This document shows, piece after piece, positions 9,333 through 17,687 of a stretch of 39,016 bases of DNA. The notes beneath the pieces are model-generated. The model had not been told where the DNA came from, ran no database searches, and saw nothing but the letters and a program-made list of their open reading frames with translations. This DNA is from Candidatus Fermentibacteraceae bacterium (GTDB lineage: Bacteria; Fermentibacterota; Fermentibacteria; Fermentibacterales; JCC-6), in contig JAGGYZ010000063.1 of the NCBI GenBank assembly GCA_021162285.1, positions 1 to 39,016 of the forward strand. Direction: 5' to 3'. A program made the translations under genes and the position numbers. How positions within the stretch are numbered: the stretch's first letter is position 1; each line of letters begins with the position of its first letter.

Positions 9333-9878
9333 GTGTTTACCGAAGTCGAACTCAAATATCAGGTTAATGATTTTGTCCGGGTTAGAGACAAACTCAGAGA
9401 TGCCAGCGCTGAACTGGTCTCAGAGTCATCTCAGGAAGAAAATGCTGTGCTTGATCTCTCAGATGGATCGCTGGGGGATTCCAGTGTACTTCTTCGCCTC
9501 CGTGAGTTTCGAAATGAAGTAATACTTACCGTTAAAAAACCCGGACCTTCCGGTCCTATGAAGATACGAGACGAGTATGAGACTGTTCTGTCGACCTCAT
9601 TTCAGGACGCAATGGAACTGTTTGCCGCCCTGGGGTACAGGCAGGTATTTCACTACAGCAAAACCAGAGAGGTTTGGTCTCTGGGTAAAAATATCCATAT
9701 CTGCCTGGACACACTCTACTTTGGCAAATTCGTAGAAGTGGAAACAGACAGTATGAGCAGGGTCAGCAGTACATCGAAACTGCTTGGACTTGACCCTCAT
9801 GAAGGACTGAGTTCGAGCTACCGGAAGCTGCAGCTTGTGTACGATTCCGATTTCCGACAACAACGGGGAGATGTTTAA
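9333..9878 (+). CDS. CYTH-domain protein (class IV adenylate cyclase CyaB-like / triphosphatase)
   Basis: N-terminal EVELK motif, LRLR, LTVK, R.EYE, K.REVW, FVEVE; GTG 9333 after AGGAGG. Confidence 0.85.
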   Translation: MFTEVELKYQVNDFVRVRDKLRDASAELVSESSQEENAVLDLSDGSLGDSSVLLRLREFRNEVILTVKKPGPSGPMKIRDEYETVLSTSFQDAMELFAALGYRQVFHYSKTREVWSLGKNIHICLDTLYFGKFVEVETDSMSRVSSTSKLLGLDPHEGLSSSYRKLQLVYDSDFRQQRGDV

Positions 9879-9881
9879 CTC

Positions 9882-9910
9882 TTGACATAAGCATCTGTTG
9901 GTGGCATAAA
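9882..9910 (+). promoter_or_regulatory. Putative sigma70 promoter
   Basis: TTGACA-17bp-CATAAA with TG just upstream of the -10. Confidence 0.45.
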
Positions 9911-9968
9911 CCCGCCTGCGAGCACGAAACGATAAGCACATGATATTGATATAAAAAGGAGATATATA

Positions 9969-10535
9969 GTGAATCAGCACAATGCCCAGGAAAAGAAACT
10001 GAAAAGTGATATCCACGACAAGAATGAAATCCGTAAAGAACTTTCGTTCAGCCTGAACCAGCTTCACAGCTGGCAGGAGAAACTTACAACCATCAGTAAT
10101 GTTCGCAAGGAAAAGAAGCTCAGCCATACTGTAGTGCGCTACGCCAACTACATTCATGAGTTGAAACTGTTCCTCACTCCTGTTCTGGACGAACTTGAGG
10201 AAAGAATCAAGTCTGAGATGGATTTCAGCGTTGATGAGATAGAGCAGTTCAGGTCAGAGATAAAGACGGAAACAGAGCAGGCGGCACAGGCAAGAGTTGC
10301 ATTTGAGAATGCAAAAAAGCTTCTTGAAAGCACAGAGGACGACAAGCAGACTGAGCCTGAAGCTCTTGCTGTGGCAAAGCAGGCTTACAGCAAAGCATTC
10401 AAGGCTTTCAGACTTGAGAGGGCAGAGCTTGAAGAGGCAAAGAAAGAACTTGCCAGTGAGCTTGTAGACCGGGAAGTATTCAAGTTTGAGCTGAAAAGAA
10501 TAATGATCGAGCGACACTTCATGGCAGAGGTGTAG
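9969..10535 (+). CDS. Hypothetical coiled-coil protein
   Basis: GTG after AAGGAG; E/K/L/A-rich helical sequence; no family recognised. Confidence 0.75.
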   Translation: MNQHNAQEKKLKSDIHDKNEIRKELSFSLNQLHSWQEKLTTISNVRKEKKLSHTVVRYANYIHELKLFLTPVLDELEERIKSEMDFSVDEIEQFRSEIKTETEQAAQARVAFENAKKLLESTEDDKQTEPEALAVAKQAYSKAFKAFRLERAELEEAKKELASELVDREVFKFELKRIMIERHFMAEV

Positions 10536-10542
10536 AGACCCG

Positions 10543-11424
10543 GTGGAAGTCTTTCCAGAAAAGAAAATAGCAAACAGGGCGCTGCTGACAGCAGCGTCCT
10601 GTGTTGTTTTAAGTATCCCCTTTATTGCTGCCGGAAAGAGTCTCGATGTCTTTCTTCCTGCCATAGCCGGTGCCGGAGCCCTGTATTTTTTCATATACAC
10701 CCATCGGTATCGCAGAAGAGAAGAGGTTGTTTCGGCTGGTCTCAGTCCGGGGGTAAAGAAGACGCTTGCAGAGAAGGTTACCTTCTACAATAATCTTTCC
10801 TCTGAAGACAAAACCGTGTACGAGTCCAACATTGCCATATTTCTATCAGAGCATTCTATCACCGGTGTTGACGGAATAGAAATCACAGACGAAGTAAGAA
10901 CTCTTGTCGCTGCTTCAGCGGTGAGGCTTACATTCAGAAGACCCGGGTGGGAGTATTACAATTTCGGTGAGATTCTGATTTATCCCGGGGGATTTTCTCC
11001 AGAGGGAAACTATTCAACAAAGAGTCAGGGCGGTTTTACCGCTGCTGGAATGGTGCATTCCCAGGGGGGAGTTATTCTTTCGCTGCCACATCTTCTGAAC
11101 AGTTTTGCCCACGACAACGATGGATTCAATGTCGGTTACCACGAGTTTGCACATGTTCTTGACGGCAGAAGACCGGACGGTATTCCCGATGAACTCACTC
11201 TGGGCAGTTACAAACCATGGGCGCAGGCCATGCAGACCGAGTTTGAAAAGGTGCACCATCACCATTCAATACTCAGAGATTATGCAGGAACGAATCCGGC
11301 AGAGTTTTTTGCCTGTTCTGTGGAGTATTTCTTTGAAAAACCGGACAAGATGAAAGCGCGGGCTCCTGAAGTCTACAAACAGCTCTGTGAATTCTTTGAC
11401 CAGGATCCGGGACAAAATCAGTAA
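10543..11424 (+). CDS. MtfA-like zinc metallopeptidase (M90 family) with two N-terminal TM helices
   Basis: ILIYP, DGFNV..HEFAH.LD, YAGTNPAEFFA..EYFFE.P motifs. Confidence 0.85.
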   Translation: MEVFPEKKIANRALLTAASCVVLSIPFIAAGKSLDVFLPAIAGAGALYFFIYTHRYRRREEVVSAGLSPGVKKTLAEKVTFYNNLSSEDKTVYESNIAIFLSEHSITGVDGIEITDEVRTLVAASAVRLTFRRPGWEYYNFGEILIYPGGFSPEGNYSTKSQGGFTAAGMVHSQGGVILSLPHLLNSFAHDNDGFNVGYHEFAHVLDGRRPDGIPDELTLGSYKPWAQAMQTEFEKVHHHHSILRDYAGTNPAEFFACSVEYFFEKPDKMKARAPEVYKQLCEFFDQDPGQNQ

Positions 11425-11434
11425 CCTGATGCTG

Positions 11435-12025
11435 TCAGTTTTTCTTGCCTGATGACCCTGGTTTTTCAAGTTCAATGCCGGCTTTGCACATAGGGCACTC
11501 CTCCGGAGACCAGCTTTCGGCTTTAACAGTCAGCAGAGCACGGTAGGGCGCATCAAGTTTCAGCTGACCATCTGTTCTGTCTACCAGAAGGCCCACCATT
11601 TCCACTGTGGCATTCAATCCGTTCAGAACATCAATGGCTTCGCGAACGCTTCCCCCTGTTGTAACAACATCTTCAACAAGAAGAACCCTGCTGTTTTCAA
11701 CGATACTTTTGAAGCCGGACCGGATACCCATTTTCCCGTCGGCATCCCGTTGAAGAAAGGCAAAGGGCTTGCCCATTGCATGTGCTGCAGCAAAGCCGAA
11801 CACAATGGCACCGAATGCAGGGGCGCAGACTACATCAAAGCTGTCTTTTACATCGGACATCTGTTCTGCTGTCATTCTTCCCAGTTCCATCACCAGGTCG
11901 GGACGGCGGGCCACTTTGATCTTTTCGAAGTAGAGCTTTCCGTGTCTTCCTGAAGTGTATCTGAAGTGTCCTTCAAGAAGTGCGTCACACTCAGAGAGTA
12001 TTTTCAGCACCTTGTCGCTGTCCAT
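11435..12025 (-). CDS. pyrE: Orotate phosphoribosyltransferase
   Basis: GHF.YTSGRH, PRPP motif VLLVEDVVTTGGSV, LVDR, C-terminal CPMC..KPGS. Confidence 0.93.
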   Translation of the reverse strand: MDSDKVLKILSECDALLEGHFRYTSGRHGKLYFEKIKVARRPDLVMELGRMTAEQMSDVKDSFDVVCAPAFGAIVFGFAAAHAMGKPFAFLQRDADGKMGIRSGFKSIVENSRVLLVEDVVTTGGSVREAIDVLNGLNATVEMVGLLVDRTDGQLKLDAPYRALLTVKAESWSPEECPMCKAGIELEKPGSSGKKN

Positions 12026-12072
12026 GGTATCCTTTCGTCAACGGGTGAAATGGAGCACACCGATACGGTTTA

Positions 12073-13365
12073 TCAGGGGCTGAAACTGAATGGAAGCTGA
12101 ATTGGAAGAGGGCCTTCGCTGGAATCCACGCTGCCGAAGCGCCACTGTTCAATAGAGCTGATCAGTTCCAGCTCAAAAGCCTGATTGTACATGTTGGAAG
12201 AGACTATCTCCACATCGGATACTCTGCCACTGGGATGGATAATCATGGCAACATCAATCCTGCCCATTAGAAGAGGGTCGGTTCTGAGGTGTTTGTTGTA
12301 TACGTACATGACAATTCCGCGCTTTTCCGCAACAAGTTCTGCTATTTCTTCAGCGGTTCGTGATGAGTAGTTCTCAGAGCCGGTAACACTGGGAGAATTC
12401 ATAGAAGAAATATCGGAAAAAACCATGATATCTCTGCCCATGGCTTCGGCCTGAGCGGCAACGCCTGACGAAACTAAACCTGACCTGCCGCCGGTGGACC
12501 CGGCAAGACCAATGTTAGTTTCAGTTCCACTGGTGAGAGCTCCGCTGCTGTTCAGAGCGGTCATATCAATTCCGCCTCCGCCGGAGAGCATGGCAATAAG
12601 GTCGGCTGTGCTTTGAGGCGGGGTGGAACCTGTTCCCGTGTCGGCTGGAATCTGCTGTCCCGAGGAGGAAGTTGGGGTCTGGTCTGAAGGTTGCAGCATG
12701 GAGAAAGCAGTTTCTTCCGCCGTTTCAGATGTTTCGGCAGGAGGCTGACTCTGCGTGCCTCCGGAAGCGGATTCAGACGGCGAAACAACATCGGTTTGGA
12801 AACTGGCTTCGGCAACTGCAACTGCAGACTGATCCGGAAGAATGTCGAGATCGAATTGAAGTATATGGCTGAATCCCGGCTGTGCTTCCAGGGTGTAGTA
12901 TTCTGTTACAAAACCCACCTGATACACATCTACTTCGTATTCGTCTCCGCCAAGAAGACCGTCGAGCATAATGGGAGTAACACCCATGAGTTGACCATCC
13001 AGAGTGACGAAAGCTCCAGCAGGCTCACTTCTCACCATTGCCGAAGCCATGATGCTGTTTCTCACATTATCAAGAACGGCCTGAAGCCTGGGATTTGCTC
13101 TGGGGCTGAGGTCGTAGTAAACATCCAGATGAAGAAGCTCAGAGTATGCTTCTTCGGCAGCACTGTTGTTACCCATGGCGTAATAGGAACTGCCCAGCCT
13201 GTCCCAGGCTCGCAACTCCTCATCAAAAGATAGCGATCCCTGACTGATCATCTGTTCCAGAGCTACTATAGCTCCCGGAATATCTCCCATGTTGTAAAGT
13301 TCGATAGCCTCATCAACTGTGGAAACAGATACCAGTGACACCACTGCCAGAAAACAACTGAACAG
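12073..13365 (-). CDS. Exported TPR + PEGA + low-complexity linker + TonB-C (AgmX/PglI-like) protein
   Basis: TPR-like LGSSYYAMG..AEEAY; PEGA VRSEPAGAFVTLDG..GVTP; C-terminal YNKHLRTDP.L.GRI...IHPSGRV..V.IVSS...IEQWRF; start CTG 13365 (after AAGGGGG) or GTG 13344. Confidence 0.75.
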   Translation of the reverse strand: MFSCFLAVVSLVSVSTVDEAIELYNMGDIPGAIVALEQMISQGSLSFDEELRAWDRLGSSYYAMGNNSAAEEAYSELLHLDVYYDLSPRANPRLQAVLDNVRNSIMASAMVRSEPAGAFVTLDGQLMGVTPIMLDGLLGGDEYEVDVYQVGFVTEYYTLEAQPGFSHILQFDLDILPDQSAVAVAEASFQTDVVSPSESASGGTQSQPPAETSETAEETAFSMLQPSDQTPTSSSGQQIPADTGTGSTPPQSTADLIAMLSGGGGIDMTALNSSGALTSGTETNIGLAGSTGGRSGLVSSGVAAQAEAMGRDIMVFSDISSMNSPSVTGSENYSSRTAEEIAELVAEKRGIVMYVYNKHLRTDPLLMGRIDVAMIIHPSGRVSDVEIVSSNMYNQAFELELISSIEQWRFGSVDSSEGPLPIQLPFSFSP

Positions 13366-13695
13366 AATATCCCCCTTGTTTTACCCGGCCCGACAACCCC
13401 CGTTGTACCGAAAATCACCAAAACAACCTCAAAAGTCAACAGTCTCCGATTCAGCTGCCTGTATACACCGGCACCAAGAACAACTGTGCATAAATGCAGA
13501 CTGCCTCGTAACCTGCCCTGTAAGGGTATACCCGTTCCCGGTTCATTTTATTCCCTGTGTCAGTTGTATTTGATAAACCGGTGTTGTATCCCGGTACTGG
13601 TAATGACCCAGTTTGCCAGGGGGAACAATTCCACTGCGAATCGGTTATATTCATGTAGATGTGTGCGTTTTTTCTGTTTATTCCCGGAGGAAAGT

Positions 13696-14259
13696 ATGAG
13701 AATTTACATGAGTAGGGTTGTGATGGTGTCCGTTGTCGCACTGGTGCTTGCAGGGTCTGCCTGCCTTTTTTCCCCTGAAGGCGGGGGAGAAAGTGGAGTT
13801 ACGGATTACTTTTCCCCTGTAGATACACCTGAAAAACTTCTCGCCAACTTCCAGCTGGCCTACCAGACAAAGAACCTTGATGCCTACATGGATTGTCTGC
13901 ACGAAGAATTTGAATTTATTCTCCTGGAAGTTGACTGGGACGATTACACAGGAAATGGAGAGATTGACCAGTCCTGGGGGCGTGACATCGAGGAGCAGAT
14001 GACGTCCAACATGTTCTCAAGCGACCAGGCCGAGGTTATTGAACTCACTCTTGATGGGAACACGGAAACTGTATGGTGGGGTGACCCATCCGGTGAAACT
14101 CTCCAGCTGATAAGAAATTTCGATCTGAAAGTCTACTTCTACCAACCAGATGGCACCGTAAGTGGCTTCCATGCTCTGGGAATTGCCAAGTTCCTGTGTA
14201 AGCCAAACGCAGAAGGTGACTACCAGATCTGGCGCTGGGAAGACCAGTCAGAGACTTAA
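13696..14259 (+). CDS. Hypothetical lipoprotein (possibly NTF2-like)
   Basis: ATG 13696 after GGAGG; hydrophobic stretch then LAGSAC lipobox-like; acidic mature part. Confidence 0.75.
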   Translation: MRIYMSRVVMVSVVALVLAGSACLFSPEGGGESGVTDYFSPVDTPEKLLANFQLAYQTKNLDAYMDCLHEEFEFILLEVDWDDYTGNGEIDQSWGRDIEEQMTSNMFSSDQAEVIELTLDGNTETVWWGDPSGETLQLIRNFDLKVYFYQPDGTVSGFHALGIAKFLCKPNAEGDYQIWRWEDQSET

Positions 14260-16127
14260 TGGTTCTAGTCACACTGATATCAATTGTCCTGAATGGTCTA
14301 CTGCCTCAGGACGGGTTGTACTGGGTTATTTTCGGTGACAGAGGACCCTTTGTTGAGCAGAGGCTGGAAGCTGCTTCTATGGGAATTGCCAGCAGTCCGT
14401 CTTTCAACAGAAGGCTTCTGGCAGGCTCTTCCCAGGCAGATGTTTACGACCTGGCCCCGTACGGTGATTACATAGCTCAGGTTGAGGCTGTAAGCGTACA
14501 GTCTGTGAGAACATCTTCAAGGTATCTTAACGCAGTAAGTATTGTGCTCTCTCCGGATGAGATTGCCTTTCTTCTGGAAAAACCGTTTGTACAGGAGATC
14601 CGCCTGGTTGGTGTTTCAAGTTTTGCACCTGAAAAAGAAGTTCCAGCTCCAGATGCCTACGGGCTTTCAAGATCTCAGCTTGAGCAGGTGAATATTCTGT
14701 CTCTGCACCAGCGCGGCTGGACTGGAAGCGGTGTTACTATTGGTATGCTTGACTCAGGGTTTGAACTTGTCCACCCCTGTTTGCAATCTATAGACCTCAT
14801 AGACGCCTGGGATTTTGTGAACAACGACAGTATCGTCGGATGGGAAGCCGGAGATCTGCCGGATCAGCCTTCGCATGGAACAAAGACTCTTTCCACAATT
14901 GCCGGTTATCAGCCGGGCTATTTTGTGGGCGGTTCTTTCAATTCATCTTTCATCCTTGCAAAAACTGAAGACATCAGCGATGAATACCCCCAGGAAGAGG
15001 ATTTCTGGGTGGCCGGTCTTGAATGGCTTGAAGCGGGGGGGGCCGATCTTGTAAGCAGTTCTCTTGGGTACATCGACTGGTACGAGCCGTGGCAGATGGA
15101 TGGTAACACTGCGGTAACGACCATTGCAGCCGACATTGCCGCCTCCAGAGGTCTTGTCGTGTGGAATTCTGCAGGAAATGACGGGCCGGGCGAAACAAGT
15201 CTTATCGCACCGGCAGACGGAGATTCCGTGTTTGCCGTCGGTGCGGTGGACGGGGCTGGAGTGATTGCCGGTTTTTCAAGCCGCGGACCTACTGCCGACG
15301 GCAGAATAAAACCCGACGGCTGTGCCCGTGGTCTTAACTCTGTGTTTGCATCTTTCGGGGGAACAGGCTATTCCACAGGTGCCGGTACTAGTTTTGCAGC
15401 ACCGCTTGCAGCTTCAGCGGCAGCATGCGTTGCCTCTGCCCACCCGGACTGGGGCATGATGAGGGTCTACGAAGCTCTCAGATCGACTGCCGACAGGCAT
15501 AACAACCCGGACAACACATACGGTTACGGCATTCTGAATGCTTTTGCAGCGGTAAAGCACCGGTCTGTTATCGGTCAGGTTCGCAGAAGCGATACCGGTG
15601 AACCTGTTGTGCAGTGTACTGTACAGGTAACCATGGAATCAGGTACCCCTGTTCAAACTATCACAAACGACATGGGCTATTTTGCAGTGGAACCCGGCAG
15701 CTTCGGTAACTTTTCTGTAACCTGCACAGGTATCCAGGGAACACCAATTCCTGTTCAGGGTGTTCTTGGGGAATACGGGGTAGAGGTTACAGTCTATGTT
15801 GATCCGTTGAATTCCTCCCAGCCGCCTTCTGTTTATCCGAACCCGTCTTCCAGCGACTTTTACATAGGGTTTGACATGTCCGGCACAGTTTCAGATGTCT
15901 CCCTCTTGATATTCTCTATTGCGAATGAAAGAGTATACTTTCAGGAAAGAACCTCTGTTTCTCCCGGTTGCTACAGAGCGCCACTTCCCGGTCAGGCTTT
16001 TTACTGGAATGGTCTGAACTTGAACGGAGAGCCTGTTGCGTCCGGCCAGTATATAGGGCTTCTCAAAACAGGTGAATCGGTTGAAATGCTTAATCTGGCT
16101 CTTGTAAGGGGCATGGAAGAGGATTGA
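14259..16127 (+). CDS. S8 (subtilisin-like) serine peptidase with C-terminal T9SS/FlgD-Ig-like domain
   Basis: Triad MLDSG, SHGT, GTSFAAP; oxyanion SAGNDG; FSSRGPTADGRIKPD; C-terminal VYPNP...WNG.N.NGEPVASGQY. Confidence 0.92.
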   Translation: MVLVTLISIVLNGLLPQDGLYWVIFGDRGPFVEQRLEAASMGIASSPSFNRRLLAGSSQADVYDLAPYGDYIAQVEAVSVQSVRTSSRYLNAVSIVLSPDEIAFLLEKPFVQEIRLVGVSSFAPEKEVPAPDAYGLSRSQLEQVNILSLHQRGWTGSGVTIGMLDSGFELVHPCLQSIDLIDAWDFVNNDSIVGWEAGDLPDQPSHGTKTLSTIAGYQPGYFVGGSFNSSFILAKTEDISDEYPQEEDFWVAGLEWLEAGGADLVSSSLGYIDWYEPWQMDGNTAVTTIAADIAASRGLVVWNSAGNDGPGETSLIAPADGDSVFAVGAVDGAGVIAGFSSRGPTADGRIKPDGCARGLNSVFASFGGTGYSTGAGTSFAAPLAASAAACVASAHPDWGMMRVYEALRSTADRHNNPDNTYGYGILNAFAAVKHRSVIGQVRRSDTGEPVVQCTVQVTMESGTPVQTITNDMGYFAVEPGSFGNFSVTCTGIQGTPIPVQGVLGEYGVEVTVYVDPLNSSQPPSVYPNPSSSDFYIGFDMSGTVSDVSLLIFSIANERVYFQERTSVSPGCYRAPLPGQAFYWNGLNLNGEPVASGQYIGLLKTGESVEMLNLALVRGMEED

Positions 16128-16128
16128 T

Positions 16129-16593
16129 TTGAACAACAGACTGGTGAGAATTCTTATGCCGCTGGTGGTAATTGCCGGACTGGCGTACTTTGGTGTTATC
16201 GATCTTTCCCTGCTTCCAATGGATGATCCGAACTTTCAGGCAACTCTGGCAACAATAGGCATATACATGCTGTGGTCTATTCTGGAAAGTGTCCGCGACA
16301 CCGATTCTTCCCGAATTACACTGTATGCAGTTCTTCTTGTGAGTGCACTTGATACTTTTCTTCTTGAACTGACCAACTATTCCGGTCATATGTACCTGAG
16401 GTGGGCTGGCGTGATACTTCTTGTTTCCGGTTGTCTTGCCAGACTTCTGGCTCTGAAGACCGGCAACAGAACGCTTCTGCGCCTGGGAAGAATAGGTCAG
16501 GAGCTGGGAGTTGCTCTGGGGCTCGGTTCCATTGCCGGAATTGTTGTAGCAGTTTTTCCAGGTATCCCGTCATCTCTCAAGGAAGAAATCTGA
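16129..16593 (+). CDS. Hypothetical integral membrane protein (about 5 TM)
   Basis: Several hydrophobic segments; tightly packed between S8 gene and dtd. Confidence 0.7.
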   Translation: MNNRLVRILMPLVVIAGLAYFGVIDLSLLPMDDPNFQATLATIGIYMLWSILESVRDTDSSRITLYAVLLVSALDTFLLELTNYSGHMYLRWAGVILLVSGCLARLLALKTGNRTLLRLGRIGQELGVALGLGSIAGIVVAVFPGIPSSLKEEI

Positions 16594-17054
16594 TGAAAGC
16601 CCTGGTTCAGCGGGTATCAGAGGCGGATGTCTCGGCAGACGGAGTTATCAGCGGAAAGATCGGCAGAGGTCTTCTTGTCTTTGCCGGGTTCAGGAGAGAG
16701 GATACCCCTGAAGAGCTCCAGTGGATGACTGAAAAGCTGACAGGGCTCAGGATTTTTCCCGATGACAGCAGCAACATGAACAGGTCGGTAAGGGATATCT
16801 CAGGTGAGATACTTGTTGTAAGTCAGTTTACGCTGCATGCCGATACAAGAAAAGGCAAACGACCCAGTTTTGTAAAGGCTGCCGATTTTGAAACTGCAGG
16901 TATTCTTTACAGGCTTTTTATTCAGATGGTCCGAGAAACAGGTATTCCTGTTGCAGAAGGCATTTTTGGTGCCCACATGGATGTTCGTCTGATCAATGAC
17001 GGGCCGGTAACTGTAATGGTTGATTCTCCACTTGAGAGTACAGTTGCCAGATGA
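16593..17054 (+). CDS. dtd: D-aminoacyl-tRNA deacylase
   Basis: MKALVQRV, LRIF, SQFTL, KGKRPSF, FGAHM, NDGPVT; ATG overlaps upstream TGA. Confidence 0.96.
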   Translation: MKALVQRVSEADVSADGVISGKIGRGLLVFAGFRREDTPEELQWMTEKLTGLRIFPDDSSNMNRSVRDISGEILVVSQFTLHADTRKGKRPSFVKAADFETAGILYRLFIQMVRETGIPVAEGIFGAHMDVRLINDGPVTVMVDSPLESTVAR

Positions 17055-17635
17055 GTTTCTGGTATCCATCTGAAACGGAACTGGTACTGGCCAGCAGGTC
17101 TCCAAGAAGGACGGAAATCCTGAAACTTGCAGGTATTCCCCACAGGGTATATCCCTCAACCGTTGAAGAAAAGCAGATGGATGGGCTTCCTGCGGACATT
17201 GTGGTACACTGGGCCAGGGCAAAAGCCGTGAATGTGGCTTCCAATTTTCCCGATTTTCCAGTACTTGGTGCAGACACAATGGTATACCAGGACAGTATTC
17301 TGCTCGGTAAGCCAACGAACACTCAACAGGCTTTTGAAATGCTGAGTTCCCTGTCCGGCAGGTGGCACACAGTTTACGGAGGAGTGGCACTTGCGTGGCA
17401 CAGCAGGGAAATCGCCTTTGCCTTTTCCGAATCCACCAGGGTTAAGTTCAGAGAGCTTTCTGAATCGGAGATAAAGGCATACATTACCACGGGAGAGCCC
17501 ATGGACAAAGCAGGAGCGTACGGTATTCAGGGTATTGGGTGTGTTCTGGTTGAAAAGGTGGAAGGCTGTTACTTCAATGTAATGGGGCTTCCTGTTTCCC
17601 GATTTCTCGAAAGGCTCAGAAGCTTCCTTCCTTAA
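17051..17635 (+). CDS. maf: Maf family nucleoside triphosphate pyrophosphatase
   Basis: LASRSPRR, GADT, LGKP, LSGRWH, DKAGAYGIQG, NVMGLP. Confidence 0.93.
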   Translation: MSFWYPSETELVLASRSPRRTEILKLAGIPHRVYPSTVEEKQMDGLPADIVVHWARAKAVNVASNFPDFPVLGADTMVYQDSILLGKPTNTQQAFEMLSSLSGRWHTVYGGVALAWHSREIAFAFSESTRVKFRELSESEIKAYITTGEPMDKAGAYGIQGIGCVLVEKVEGCYFNVMGLPVSRFLERLRSFLP

Positions 17636-17663
17636 AATAACGGAGGCGCCTCAGCGCCCCCGT
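17633..17663 (-). terminator. Intrinsic terminator for the minus-strand Omp28-like gene
   Basis: Minus strand CGGGGGCGC-TGAG-GCGCCTCCG followed by TTATTTT, between convergent genes. Confidence 0.65.
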
Positions 17664-17687
17664 AAATAACCTCGTACAGGTTTAAGC

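Noticed and set aside
9089-9367. 92-aa ORF
   Set aside because: Antisense shadow of tRNA-Ser(TGA)
13486-13695. N-terminal extension of the 257-aa ORF
   Set aside because: Not protein-like; GGAGG and the lipoprotein signal place the start at 13696
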